DNA of 64,000 bases from Macrostomum lignano. Taxonomy: Eukaryota. The position numbers were made by a program, and so were the translations under genes. Position 1 is the first letter of the stretch; each line of letters begins with the position of its first letter. Positions 1-15,100 of the stretch are shown here, in pieces. The stretch is from NCBI GenBank assembly GCA_002269645.1, contig NIVC01001330.1:248222-312221 (forward strand). Reading direction: 5' to 3'. The notes under the pieces are model-generated. The model saw only the letters and a list, made by a program, of their open reading frames with translations, was not told the DNA's origin and did not search any database.

Positions 1-120
1 CAGTCGATCCGGAGCCAAGCAGCCGCATCCAAGCAGTGCCGCGGCTGCACCTGCTGCCAATGCAAGTGCCGCCTGATCCGGCCCAGAGCGCAGCAACGCA
101 CGGCCGGCAAGTCGGCTTCC

Positions 121-3100
121 ATGGAAGTATTGCTGGAGGAGAATCCAACTGAAGCGCACGATTTCTCCTACCTGGGCGGAGCCGAGCTCACGGCTGCGAT
201 GTCCTTCGATCGGGGCGCCGCCGCTGCAGCAGCAGCCGCCAGCGGAACAGGGGGAGTCGCTGCCTCGGCTGCCAACAGGGCGGGCAGCGGGGGCGTCATC
301 ATTGCCGGTGGCGGCGGGGGCGCTCCCGGGGTGCCGATCTCCTCCTCGGGCGATCTCCGCCAGTACCGGCACCAGCAGCAGCGACTCGGAGCTCTGACTC
401 GGACGCCGCGTCAGCGCAGTGTCACTGCCGAGTGCAGCTCCATCAAGCCCGGCGACCGACTGGAAGAGGACGACGCCCTGATGGGTCACCGAAGGCACAG
501 CGACACAATGATCAACGAGACTGGTGCTGGGGAGCATCATCACCACCACCATCATCATCACCACCACTGCTGCGCCAGGCGGACCGAGCGCTCCTCGGAC
601 GCTTCCCGCAGTCGAAGCGGTCTGACAGACGTCGGCGCTGACTTTATGCGAGTCAACGGCGCCATCTCGGGCTTCAGGCAGCTAAAGAGAGTCCAGGCGC
701 TGTCCAGCCGAGGCTCCTCATGCGAGGAGGACAGCCGCACCAAGCAGCCGCAGCAGCAGCAGCAGCTGCAGCATCAGTCATCAACGTCGCACCAGTCGCA
801 GCACCTGCTGCAGCAGCAGGCATCGCAGCAGTCACAGCAGCTGCAGCCAGATCCCGATGCTGGCGCTTCGCTGATTGGCCACGCCGCTGGGAATGACTAC
901 CTGCAGGGCGACGCGACTACCGGGATGAGCCAGTCGCCCAGCCACAGCCGCAACGTTGGCTACAGACTGGGCCGGCGACGGCAGCTGTACGAGAAGCGGA
1001 AGCGACTGTCCGACTACGCCCTGGCATTCGGCATGTTCGGCATCGTCATCATGATTATTGAGACCGAACTCACGATGGCTAAGCAGTACACCAAGGTTGG
1101 TTTTTTAGTTCATTTGTGATTGCACTTGGTCTCTTAATGCCCATTGAGGTGGGGGGGGGGGCTTGCAGCGCTGCCGTACAGTCGACAGTCGACTCCTGTA
1201 CAACAGACAACAAGGTTGTACATGGGGCTTCTTTGAATTTCTAATCGCCAAGCATGATGTACACTCACTGATGTACACTCTCTGATGTACACTCTCTGAT
1301 GTACACTCTGTGATGTACACTCTCTGATGTACACTCTCTGATTTACACTCTCTGATGTACACTCTCTGATGTACACTCTCTGATGTACACTCTCTGATGT
1401 ACACCCTTGAGGGTTGGCCTTTGGATGATTTGGATGAATGATGTGATTTCGAAAACACACTGGCAGTGTGTGCAGGCAGACACTGTAACCTCTTTGTACA
1501 GTGTAGGCTCACCTTCTGACTCATAATTTTCAAAACCCACTTTGAGGCCGCGCCTTCAGTGTACATTGAGGGGCAGAGAAATTAAAAGCGATCGATCATT
1601 CTACAGAGATGGACGGCACTGCTAGCCGCAGACTGTGGTCCAAAAGTACAATAGGCCTAATTATCTTAACGGAGTTGAGTAATCCCGGCTTCACTCCGAA
1701 CGTCAAGAACGCCAGAGCTATTCATGATTTATGGAACTGCCGGGCTGAGGGGTGGCAGGGGTGGGGGCCGATCGAGCTGATGGCAGTCTGCTCGCTTTCT
1801 GGGAAAGGCGAAATGCTTAACCCTCGGATCCCCCGGGCCAATTCGCTGATTGCTTCTCCCCTTCTCTCTCTTCTCTCTCTTCTCTGGCTGTCTAACCCTC
1901 TGTCTCAATTCCGCTAAGCAGAGAAATCTGAGACTTCTCTCTGCCCGTATCAAAATAGCCCCCCACCACTAGGCAGTTCCTACGCAGCCGTGGCTGTGCA
2001 GCCGACTTTTTATCAAATTACCCAACCTCCGAGCCTCGCTTTTGCGTTCTGAGACTCACGTGCTCTGGGGGCTATCTGACTGAGATTAGGGATTAGCGGC
2101 CACCCTATGACGGTTCGATTCCACCCTAGGAGGGACTTTACAGAGATTTACGCGTGCCACAGAAGATCCCATAGGAGCAGCACAGAGGCCTTGGGTACAG
2201 TCTTGAGTGATTTTAATACTCAATAGGGCAAATGTAATTGAATTCAAAAACGAATTTTTACTCATATTGGCTGACTTCAATATCTTGCTTGGGAAAATTT
2301 ATACAAGCCATAGGCTTTAAATTCTTCCTAAGAACCTATTCAAGGGATTTGGCACTGGTCCCAGGGCGTTATTCCAGTATCTGAAGGACTCGTCGAGTGT
2401 CTGGCCTCGCTGAACCGACGCTCCTCTTGAACTGGTTCAAAGCAGCGGGCATCCCTGCTGCTAAATAATGCACAGCCAGCTCTGTCTGTCTGTCGCAATG
2501 ATGCAGCAGGAAATGCAAAACTATAATCAGATTCCTTCGGAGCGAGAAGCGAGTTGGGAAAGAGAAGGGAGAATTTCCCAAGGGGACTGGGCTGGCTGGA
2601 GCCGCACTGCACCCCCCTCTTTTGCCCCGACATGACAGCGGCAGGAGGGGGGATGGAACTGGGAAGGATAAAGGCAGAAATAACGAATGTTTTTTTGTAA
2701 ATGAAGCAGCTTCAAGACGTCCATCGGTGGCTCGAGTCCGGGAGGCAACCCAGATAAGAGCTGCCCCACTTGATGGATGCGAGGGCGTCGGTCGAAACAA
2801 GGAGGTGGGGGTGGCATGAACAGCCGGCCTCCTCTTATATCTCTTCTGAATTTTTCCAATCATTTTAGGAAAAATGAGCGATGCAGTGCCAAGTGAGTCA
2901 TTTGGAGATGCATGGGCAGCTGGGGAGTTGAGCAACTGGGCATTGTTTGGTGGCATGGGCTGGTTAGCTCAATAATTCACTATTTTATATTAATGCCATC
3001 AACTATAAACGACGCTGGCTGCCCCTCTAAATTCAAAGAACTGGAACTGCTTTCTCTCTCTGAGGAAGTGGCTCCCCGCCTCTGAGAGCTCTGGAATGGG

Positions 3101-6100
3101 ATTTAATAACATTATTCGTCATCAATGATGCATAAAGCCGACGCGCAGGCATTTTGGGATGGGGAGGGGAGAGCAGCAAAGCAAAGGCAAGAAGGCGTAT
3201 GGCGATGATATTACTGAGTCACAGCCCATTATTGACTGAAGCCCCTGGATAAACACACAGAGCGGCAGAACTAACGCTTTTGAGGAGAAGCGGCAGCAGT
3301 GCGAACTCCTACTGCTCTGATTTCTGAGCTCTACTCCTCTCGGAATCCACTGCTGGGGGCTTCTATATTTAGCTGAGAACTCGTTTGACAGGATTGCAAA
3401 GCCTGCGTGATCTCTTGATCGAATCTGGGTGCTGACAAACAGAAGTCATCGGCTTCATATAATTTATTCATATTTGACTCATTTTCTTGGTTATACAAAA
3501 ATTAGCAAGGCCTCTAGGGCTGGATGGAACTCCAGAGAAAGTAACCTGAAATGTCTTTGGGGGAAATGGAAAAGTAGCAAAGAGCTATAATCATGCTCCC
3601 CCCAAGGCCTTGTGGTCATTTATTAGTGACTGAGAGTGCATTAGCCCAGAGAAAAGGCAGTCAAACAGAAGCGAAAGTCTCTAATGGGACATCCTTCTAA
3701 GCAGCCCCAAAGTCTGGTTTTCTGGGGCCAACGTAGGCCTCTTCTCATCCTCCGGAGTCCCCCGATGAACTACTAATCACCGTCCAGCTTTTGACTGAAA
3801 GTATCCCTGGCAGAATGCAGCAAGATTCCAATCCGGTCTTTGCCTCTCCTTCATCGTAGCAAGAGATCTTTAGCGAATCTTCAGTCTCCTGAGCCTTTCA
3901 AGCCCCATCCTCCTTGATGGCGAGGCGGAAAAGGCCCTCAGCCCACGAGTGAGTATCTCTTTTAGAGACGAGAGAGAAGAAGATCCGTCTCCATATTTCC
4001 CCATGTATCAACAACCCGCAGGCGGACATCTACTCCAAGGTGCTCCGCTCGCTGATCAGCATCTCCACGGTGATTCTGGTCGGCCTGATTCTCGGCTATC
4101 ACATGCTTGAGATACAGGTAAGTACTGGAGACTTTTGATAACTGCTCTTACCGTTTCAGTTTGGTATCGCGAAACTCGATAAGCGACACCCTGAGCCCGA
4201 TGTTAAAAGATAACAAAGTCGATTCCGTGTGACTAATAATAAAATTTTCAGCCCAAGAGTGTCCTGTGCTAAATATAGAAATCAAGTGCAGTAAAACGGT
4301 CCAGCTAGAGTTGAGGCAACATTCGCCAGTCTCATAGAACTCATCATCTTGTTGTTAGTCGGCAAGTCAGGAACTTGTCCAACCACTGAAAAGTGCAACT
4401 AGATTACAGATTTGGCTCCAGCAGCCCGGGCCGGCCTCATCAAATTCTGAGCGTGCGCATGAGCTACTAAGCCATCAGTTCTTGCTCTCATCACGCTGTC
4501 CTGTAGACCAGCTGTGCTCAGGCCTCTCGCTTGAGAAGTCCACATCCTGCAGTTGACAGGTCGGCAATGATGTCTCAGGACAGCCAGACACTTGAACATG
4601 GCACAGTGAGCCGGACTCAACAGGACTCAAACTGCTCAGCTGATCCATCTGGGGTATTTATTTCTAATTGAAGCAGCTTCCCGAGAGGCTGACAGAAGCT
4701 CCTGACCTGCAGCCGTCGATATTATACGATGAGGTTTTGCAGGAGGCGGGGGGCAAGCAGATACATAAATAATAAGGACTAGCGAGATGCTGATACAACC
4801 TCACTTCATCGCTGCAAAGGTGACGTTGAATTATTCATCACTGTCCGTAGCGCATTTTCAGTAGCGTAGCCGAAAAAAAAAATTTTGAAAAACAGGCCCC
4901 CGAGATGCCCTAGGGAAGCGCGAGGGGTGCAGATGTACATCAAGTCACGGGGGGATTCGCGCAAGGCAGACAGAGATAAGAGACCTGAGCGAAGTGCTGT
5001 CTTTCGGCCTTCACCTGACCCCATAATTGAGACACTGCTTTCAAACTGTATTTACGACAGCAACGAGGACAGAAATACCTACAGCGGGTCCGGCTATGCG
5101 CAAAGTCGGAGCAGGAAAAATCCCATCGCAGTTGAAGCCGGTTTACCGCCTTTTTATCGTTCGCCAGCGGCTGCCCCAAGCAGACTTGGCAAATGCCAAC
5201 AACAAGCAATATCACTTTCTGCCTCTGGTGGAAACTTATTACTTTCTGTCTGCTTTGCCCCGAGGCACCTCAAGGGCTGGTCCGCGTTCGCTTAGCTTTT
5301 ACCGCAGCTGCGGCATCCGCATTTTGCTATTCGGACTTTAATGTTTTGTCCTCCCATTAACCTGCAACTTGGAAGCCAGAAAACGTTTGCCTTACCCGTG
5401 CAAACCAGAGACGAGACGGACCACAGAGGCCTTGTCAGCAAAATTGCTTCTTACTACTACAGCTTGTATGCTCTCTTTCTTGTACCCAAGTGCAAGCTGC
5501 TTGAAGTCTACTGGGACATTCTGTATAGTATGGCTATGGAAGCAGCGAATTAACGTTTCTCTTTAAGTCTACGTCTAAAGACGGTTTTTCATCTGTGACA
5601 GACAATTACCTGTAGTACACCTGTTCGTACAGGACTCATCCTAGCTAGCTAGCGCGGCGCTCTGATGTGCCAGCGGCCCATGCTTGATTCCAAGTGCAGT
5701 CCCAATTATTTGGGGCTAAATTGGAACCTCGGCTTGGCTCTGCTAGTGCAATTTACGCCCTTGAGGACCAGCTCCCAAAGCACAATAAAATAGGGCCGCT
5801 GTAAACACCTGTGTGTGTGTGTGTGTGCGTATGACTGCGTACGTATCCGCGCGCTTGTGTGCCTGCCTAGGGGAGTTGATGGAATGGGCAGCAATGCCTC
5901 TCGCCGGTTGTGTGACAATGTCGCTTGAAGTGCGCCACGCGTGCACACACAGCCCCCATATCTAAAAAAATCCTCTGAATTTTTATGTGTATTTGAATAT
6001 CAAAGCTTCTGGGTTGCAATATTGTTATTCATACGTACTCACTGACTCCACCGCAATTTCAGCTGTTCAGCATTGACAACTGCATAGAGGATTGGCGAAT

Positions 6101-9100
6101 CGCTATTACGACAAGAAGATTGACGCAGATGCTGATGGAGGTCATCGTCTGCGCAATCCACCCGGTGCCCAACGATCTGACGTTTAACTGGGAAACCTAC
6201 GTGCCGCACGACAGAAAGAAAGTATCAGTATTGGTGCCCATCGACTTATTCCTGTCGCTGCCCATGTTCCTGCGGTTGTACCTCATCTTCCGGGTGATGC
6301 TGCTGCATTCCAAGCTGTTTACAGATGCCAGCTCCAGAAGTATCGGCGCCCTGAACCGGATCTCGTTCAACACGCGATTCGTACTGAAGACGCTGATGAC
6401 AATGTTCCCCGGCACTGTGCTGCTGGTCTTCATTCTGTCGCTATGGATCACCGCCAGCTGGCTTCTGCGGGCTTGCGAGAGGTTCGAATTTTTTGAGATT
6501 TTTTGTTCTTAAGCTTGGTGTCATCCTCAAAGCGGCTTGACGATTCACAGGCCTGATGCTTCGTAATTTCTCTTTTTCAAGCTCGCTACATTGCCAGCTC
6601 AATACTTTACCAGCTCGATACTTTACCAGCTCAATAGTTTACCAGCTCGATAGTTTACCAGCTCGATACTTTACCAGCTTGATACTTTACCAGCTCGATA
6701 CTTTACCAGCTCGATACTTTACCAGCTTGATACTTTACCAGCTCGATACATTACCAGCTCGATACTTTACCAGCTCGATACTTTACCAGCTCGATACTTT
6801 ACCAGCTTGATACTTTACCAGCTCGATACTTTACCAGCTCGATACTTTACCAGCTCGATACTTTACCAGCTCGATACTTTACCAGCTCGATACTTTACCA
6901 GCTCGATACTTTACCAGCTCGATACTTTACCAGCTCGATACTTTACCAGCTCGATACTTTACCAGCTCGATACTTTACCAGCTCGATAATTTACCAGCTC
7001 GATCCTCGATGTTCGAAGTTTCACATTGTCTCCAGTAGTGATTTTTTATCACGTGACTTAAGTAAAAATGGTTATCGCTTTAAAATTTCGAGCTTATGAT
7101 GCTTTGAGCTTCCTAGTGGGTCGAATAGCTTGTATCATTACAGGCTCGTTAATGACATACGTTGTCTATAGTAGCTGACAGCATTTTTGCCACAGTCCTA
7201 ACTAATTAAATAAAGGTAAATCCTCACGTATTTCCCTTTTCAGCTACCACGATGCTCTACACGGAAATATACTCAACTCAATGTGGCTGATCTCCATCAC
7301 CTTCCTGAGCATTGGCTACGGAGACATTGTGCCCAACACCTACTGCGGTAGGGGCATTTCCATTGCCACTGGAGTAATGGTAAGTTTGCAGAGCCGAAAC
7401 CCAATCGATCCTAACGTGAAGAAAAATCAAGGTTTGATCACATGTCGCTGCTTAGGCACAAACTAACGCAAGGAAATCTTCAAGAGCTTTGCTTTAAAAA
7501 ATCTGACGCACCGTACAATGCGAACGCCCTGCCGCCTTTCCGCTGTTTGCCAGGTTTCAGGCTTATGGGTTAAAAATGTCTAGATTGAGTCCAGGAAATG
7601 AATAGGGGTTGGGCAAATCGATTGATTGACTAGCTACCTCGGTTAGACAAGTTTGACTCCGAGTACGGGACTGAAAATGCTTGCCAGATCTGAAAGCTCC
7701 ACAAGAGTTTAAAAATGTTTGTGATTGTTTCTGCCGGTTGAGCAGAAAAGTTTAGCAAAGGAATCAGACGGAAGCTAAACACGTTCTTTACTGGCACTAA
7801 AACCCGTCTCCTTGTTAGTCCTTTCCGAACAAAGTTCTCAACTGGCTGTCAGCCTATTTTCTCTAAAGTTCTTGCTATAGCAACGTCACTTGGCTCAGCT
7901 CCATCACCGCCGTTACACACACAGCTGCCCTGTTTCTCCACACCTTTGTTTGTCTGGCCTATCTCGGAGGCCCAGCTGTAGAGAGCTGCTCTCCGAATGC
8001 GTTGCAAGTTTTCGAGGGCCGGGCAGCGTATAGTCTTCTTTAGTACTTGTAGGTGGGGCAACTCTGGCCGGGGCCTCGCTTTTTCTGGCAAATATTCGGC
8101 GCGAGAGAGCAAATAATCAGCTAGGAAGAGGAGAGGATAAAGATGGAAAGAGGGGATGGATGGAGAGATCTTCTGGGAAGGAGGGCTCCGCCGATGGTGC
8201 TGGGGTGTATTGGCTCAATTCTACTGTGCCTTTAACCATGCCATTTTCTCCTTCTATTTCACAGCTAGCAGGGGATCAGAAACCAACAAAGTTGGCCACA
8301 CCCAAAGCCTCTCCTTTTCACCCCCCCCCCACCCTGGAATTAAGCCCTCAGCTCTAGCGATATGATAAGCCACTCCAAACTCGACCCTTATTCAAGCTCT
8401 AGCCGCGCGGAGTCAGGCAGGGGTCGGCCATATGCATCACTTGGGTCTGGCTGATCCACTTTTCTCGAAAAAGTTCTCACCATCGCAGGCTGGCCCACAC
8501 CAGCAAAAATCTGCCTCATTGATTCCGGTGGGAAGCCGCTCCCTATATCTCCACAAAGTAGGCCAAGCAGAAAACCTGAGACATGCGTGTCAGATATGCA
8601 GGTTATTTCGTCGCTCTGTGCCCCTACTCACTCAGTTTTCCGCCTTGAAGATAAATTTCTGCTCTAGATGTCTGTCTTAAAGGCTTTCAAAACCAGGATT
8701 CACGCAAGTGCATTTTAAAAAAATCTCCAAAGTCCATCTCAGCTCTGTAACTCCCGCCAGGGATTACGACTTTCAATGGGAGCTCGCTTCTTCAAGCCTC
8801 AAAGTCTCTCATTCTGATAAAGCAAAAAAGCACTTCATTTCGTATGCAACCAAAAAACGTGCTAAATAGACCAACTATTGGCTGAGGAATTCTCCTCTCT
8901 ATACTGCCCTTTTCACATGCCTCACTGCCTCTAATGCAGGCAATCTTCTTGAGAGGCTTAATCCCTGGAAAGAGGTGAGGCGTTGCCTAACGCTTTCAAG
9001 TGGCCCGCCCGGCTTAAGGTGGCCATGCAGGGTTAAGTCGCTCCGTTTGAAGTGGGCTCTGCTTTGCAACGGAAAATTCTAGAAAAAAGGATCAAGCCAA

Positions 9101-12100
9101 CTCCATCAGCTGAGGATGGCCATAATTTCAAAGACAGAGGAAAAAGGGGGATTTAGAATTCTAGACTAGAAGAGGCTACAAAGTGATTTTAGGGAGAGAA
9201 TTCGATTGTCTTTGTCATTCGAGTAGCGTGGGTGGTGCAGTCGGCCTAATAACCAGCTTTGTTATTCGATTTCTGGCGGCTTGCTTGGAAAGAAGCTGCA
9301 CCAGCCTCCCCGAAAGCCTCCCTCATCCCGCTGAGCCTCTCATCAAAGCGTCGGTATTATTCGCGCGAATTCCCTTTTGTGATGATGAGGGGGGGTTCTA
9401 CGGTTAGAGAGCTTTGTGCAGTTGGGGGGTAACTGTTTATCCTTCAGCTATGTATAGACAGATTCCGGCATTCAAACCAGCTAAAAACGTTTGGCTCAAT
9501 TGTCATTTCTACAGGGCAATTCCACTCCAAGAGGCAGTCAATGCATTAGCATGCTAGATTAGCGGTGCACAATGGCAGCTTCAGTAGGTATCAGTCTCAG
9601 TGCCCCATAGCAACGCATCCATCGTTATATCCTACTACAGCGCTATTATTTGTTTTCTCGTAGCTGATAAAAGGTTCACGTGGCATTATCGAGTTACAGA
9701 TCAGCTCAATATGTGTACCTGACTAAGCTAACTAATTGTACCTAATTATAATTGTTAGTCCTAAATAGCAATCCACTATTTTCTGGCCACGTGCTTCTTA
9801 CGTTCCAAACTATACTGTTGGTAGACAACTTGTTTCTGTCTACAGACTTCTCGTTCACACGGTATACCTGCAGGCGTACATATACCTTTGGGATCTTCAA
9901 GAAGATGCAACCGAGAATATTTTAATTTAAGAGCGGTTTCATGGGGCATTAATCGAACTACTCGTAGTTGAACCTAAGCGCTACATTCGTCAAGGGAATC
10001 AAGTCGAACATGCTGCTGAAGTGAGAGTGGCACTTAAGTGCTCATGTACCCACTCACGGTCGAGGGCTAAGTGCGCCTGATTTTGGTACGGATACCTGGA
10101 TTGCTAATAACCATATCGGTTACTTCGCCTGTCTCTGCTCTCTCTAGTTCTAATGGTGACTACTTTGGCTCAGAAACTTTCTCGCGAGAAAATGAATGAT
10201 CGCCAAGTCCAGAGGAGCTAAAGGATTGGAGAGAGAGAGCGATAGCATCTTCTAGGGGAAACGATCTCACGGAGAGGAGAGGTCTGCGAGATTTCTCTTT
10301 GCCATCCACACGGCCTAGCTCGCACGCATGCGATGGTACTCCGGCATGCACCGATTTGAGCACAGTGTGAGCAGCCGATCTGCCGATCAGCTTACAAAGG
10401 CGACGCTCAGGGGCGTTGGCTGGGTCTCTCATGCGTGCGGAATGGCTCGCTAAGAAGGGGGGGGCGGTGCCTCATCGGGCCAGCGCGTGTTGCAAGATGA
10501 GATGCATGAGCAGAGAGGACAGGTAGTTAAGAGCAGACACGCTTGAGACATGTTAGGACAGATGCTCTGCTCATTAAACCGTCTCAATTTCAGGGCTCCT
10601 CGTGCACAGCTCTAGTCGTGGCCGTGTTCGCTCGCAAGTTGGAGCTCTCTCGAGCCGAGAAGCATGTGCACAACTTCATGATGGACACGGCGCTAACCAA
10701 ACGGGTGAGGGACAGGGCGATGATTGGGGCATCGATTGCAGGATTTATTCGAATTCTTATGCTTAAGCTCCTTCGCATATAGCGAGATGAGTACTGCAAC
10801 TCGGGAGCGAGTTTCATTTGTACTCGTATGGTGCCCGATAGTTTCTCATTAGATTTCCCTGAGTCGTTTCAACTTGAATCGAATTCTAAGTAAAATTTAC
10901 ACAGAGTTCTCGGATGTCCTCCATTGCAGCTGCTGTACCTGTCGCAGCATACCTTAGCGAGGGAAGCAGTTATTATCGAGCTAAAGTGTCTCACGAGTCT
11001 GATATTTGAAGTCAATATTCTGTAGAAATTTGAGTCTTGAACTTGCAGTCAGCCAGCTCTCTAATTTAATTCTTGGGGAAGAATGCTTAGAGCCCTAAAG
11101 CCAACTCGCACGGGAGATATACAAAACCATATTTAGCTGAGTTGCCGTAGAGCAGGGGTGGGCAAACTCCGGCCTGCGAAGCCTCTCCATCCGGCCATCG
11201 GGTCCTTTGAAACTTCGCAATAGCAATCCGGCCCGCCCAATGCCCGCCCAATCCTTTCTCTCTACTCTCTCCTCTCCTTTCCTCTCTCTCCTCTCCTCTC
11301 TCTTCTACTCTCTCTTCTCCTTTCCTCTCTCCTCTACTTTCTCCTCTTCTTTCCTCTCTCTCCTCTCCTCTCTCTTCTACTCTCTCTTCTCTTTTCCTCT
11401 CTCCTCTACTCTCTCCTCTCCTTTCCTCTCCTCTCCTTTCCTCTCTACTCTCTCCTCTCCTTTCCTCTCTACTCTACTCTCTCTTCTCTTTTCCTCTCTC
11501 CTCTACTCTCTCCTCTCCTTTCCTCTCTCTCCTCTCCTCTCTCTTCTACTCTCTCTTCTCTTTTCCTCTCTCCTCTACTCTCTCCTCTCCTCTCCTTTCC
11601 TCTCCTTTCCTCTCTACTCTCTCCTCTCCTTTCCTCTCTACTCTACTCTCTCTTCTCTTTTCCTCTCTCCTCTACTCTCTCCTCTCCTCTCCTCTCTCTC
11701 CTCTCCCCTCCCCGCGTCTAATCTTTTCTCCTTTTTTCCTTCACCTGTCCCTTCACCCTTTTCTACTCCCTCTCCTCTCTCCCTTCATCCGGCCCGCAGT
11801 CATGCTTTAGGTTCTCTTCTGGCCCTTAAAGGTAAAAAATTTGCCGACCCCTGCCGCATAGGTTTTGAATTCAGAATGCCTAATGTTTATACTCGTAGCT
11901 ACGACGTCATTATGGTATGCCGCTATTTTCGCCACATCTCTTAGCTGAAGAACTCGGCAGCAAATGTGCTACGCGAGACCTGGCTGATCTACAAATACAC
12001 CAAACTGGTCAAGCGGGTCAATCCGTCTAAGGTGCGCACGCATCAGAGAAAATTTCTGCACGCAATTCACAGGTGAGTCGCATCAACATCAACAAGTATA

Positions 12101-15100
12101 TTAGTCTGTTTGCGAGAGAACCCTGACGGACGTACGGACGTTCTTCACTTCTAAATTCAGAAGTGTGCAGACTAAATGATTTGAGACATTGTTAAAAGTG
12201 TGTGGTTGTGGCAAAAGGGTCTACGTTGAGTGGATTTTTACTCGTAAGTGACTCGAGTGACTCGCCTCGGCACTGGTTGTGGGACGTCGCCGAAGTCGTT
12301 GCGCCAGGGTGCTCACAGCCGGCCTTCTGTGAATATTCTTCATTTTTGAAACCACTACGGATGTGTAGGACTAAAAAAATAGCGACAAAAAGTGTTCTAA
12401 AATAGTTAGATGCAATTTCTCGCGGTATGGGTGAGCTCTTACCTACACATGTGTAAATGTGTACGGATTTAGTCTCAAAGCTAGTCTCAAAATGAGAAAC
12501 CTCATTTCAGCCTGCGCAAGGTGAAGCGAGACCAACGCAAACTCATGGACAATGCCAACACGCTGGTGGACTTGGCCAAGGTGAGCCTGTCAGTCATTCT
12601 TGCTGGAAGTACTTTAAATACAAGAGAGTGGATGCATACTTTCATAAACTGTACAGCGATAAAAACTAGCTTGCGTATTTAAACCTATAGTGTTTTTATA
12701 ATCCAATTCTATATATATTACAATATTCTAGAAGTGAGATGAGTAAAATGATACTAAACAATATATGCCCGTAACAATAACCTTTGCTGAAAACACTGCG
12801 ATTCTTAAATGGATGACTGCTGACTGTCTGACAGATGGCCGCATCAGCAGAATAACAAACGTACTCGGGAACAGAATTGATTAACCAATATAAATCTATA
12901 TTTTGAAAATACAACAACGCAAATTAGATTAAACAGTGATACGGCAAAACATTCGTTTGACGTAAAAGTACATCGAGATCTGAGTCATTTAATTTATTTC
13001 CTATCTTTCCTTTGCATCGAAAAAGAGAAATAAAATATCTTTTTAAAACAGTCACTTTAATTTGTCTATGAGTCAGTTGCGGGCCAAGTTGCATTCTGTC
13101 TACAAAATGCCGTTTTACAAGTAGTGAATGCGTTTTGTTAATTTATTGTTTGCTTTCTAGAAACATGTGCTTCCAAATAAAATTACTTAATAATTTAGAC
13201 TTTAATATTTGCAACAAATTTTACTTTGGCACCTCAACCAATATGAGATGCAACTTGCAATTCGTTGCACTGTTTCCTAAATCAATTTTGAACTAAAACT
13301 TTTTTTGGCATTCAACGTACCTACAAAATTTGTTCAGTTAGCTATGTACGTCACTTTTAATAATTTGCCTAATACTCCCTCAGTCCCTGCAACTGTGCTC
13401 AACACTTAAAATCAGTTTTTTGTTATTTTCATCTGACACCGCCGATAATTGTTAATAATAATTAAACTGGTTTTTGTTACAACTTTTTTTTCAAACCAAC
13501 ATCCCCCTGCCGTTCTCTAGACCAATCACGACGCCCTTATTAAGCAGCCAAGGGCGTACATTTCAAAACCGCTGGCCGTGTACAGTCAGGTAGAGCCTTA
13601 TCTATAGCCAACTCAAATAATCTTCTCACCTTTTCTGATTTAAATCCGATCTCGCGCACCTTATTTTAACATACAGTAGTAACAATTGAAGTCTGATTTT
13701 GCACGCGATGGTGCAGTTATAGTTATTCATGTGCGGCGCAAGTTCTCATTCTTGAGTAAGCGTAGGCAAAATATTAATATCTGCATATAGTGCGGATATT
13801 TTGGCTCGTCTATACTGGAATGGAATATCAAATTAACAGTTTTTTTTGGTTTGTATGGTTCCATTTCAGACGTGACAAGCTATAATGAAAAATGCATGAA
13901 AAAAACGAATTTTTGTGAAGCGTAACCTTGTCAGAAGTTGAATCTAATTTTCAAAAAAATACGATAAAATACGAAAACTTATTTAGAGGCTCAATGTCTT
14001 TCTGCGTTACATGGCTCTAATGTTAAAACGATATATGTATATAGTAGGGAATGTGAGTACTAAAGTTTGGGAAACTTAAAAAATTCCATGAAAATTATAC
14101 GTGTCATCATATTAATGTGATTTTTCTTAATCAGTTTAGTGTAAAATATTCTAAGAAACAAATAGAAAAAAGTTGAGAAAAACAAAAAGATTTATGTGCG
14201 TACATGTATTAGCTAATTGCAGAAAGCACAGAATGTGAGAACTTGTTTAAGACAGTAAAATTTCTCTTGCCGATGCACTTTAGGGCGAATTTTGACCTTC
14301 AAATATAACTACTTGAAAAGTTAGAATCAACTTTTGACCAGTTTTTTAACAAAATACTCATTTCTATTTTTCTCCTAGCTGCATCGAAATTCTTTACTAG
14401 CTAGTGGGAGCATTATCTGTAGCTATCATATCTGTCTTTCATTTTCCCATATTAAACCTACGGCCCGTGTTTAGCTATACTCAACAGTTACACGCTGCTA
14501 ATAAATTAGCCAATTTTGTATACACAGTAGTCTCTGTGTGTGTAGTCTCAGCTGCTCTCCTAAATGAACTACAAATTGAAACAATGCTGCAATAAACTGA
14601 GGCCTCGATCTGTTTGTCCTGACCAGAGTCACGGAACAAGAGACGAATTGACGTCGAATTTATCTTGCAACCAAGCAAAACCAAAAAAATAGTCCACTTC
14701 ACTGACTCATAGGCTCGTTAAGGTGACTGTTTTTTTCTCTTAATTTTGCCCAATTATGTTATATTTCTTGCTCTCCAGCTCGAGTTGATAATAGTTTACA
14801 ATTTAAGAGCCGCAAATAGAACTTCTACTATAGGCATTTTATAACAAATCGCATTTTAACAAAGTCAATGGAGAGAGAGACTATTTTTCTGGTTTCGTTT
14901 GTTAATTAATTAAGAGTCGAAATATTGACCTCACTTAGACAGCGAAAAATACCACGTACGCAAATATATAATAGTTTTAAAATACAGCTCGTATTATATG
15001 CTGCATTGCGCTTGACTGTGTGTTGGTAGTCGGGTAGCCGTACTTACAGTTAGTAGTTCCGCAACGCGCACAGACGGTGTCAAAGCTATCATCAGAACTG

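Noticed and set aside
8417-8430. CAGGGGTCGGC as a second hAT element end
   Set aside because: Only one short TIR-like word, with no matching partner or TSD nearby.
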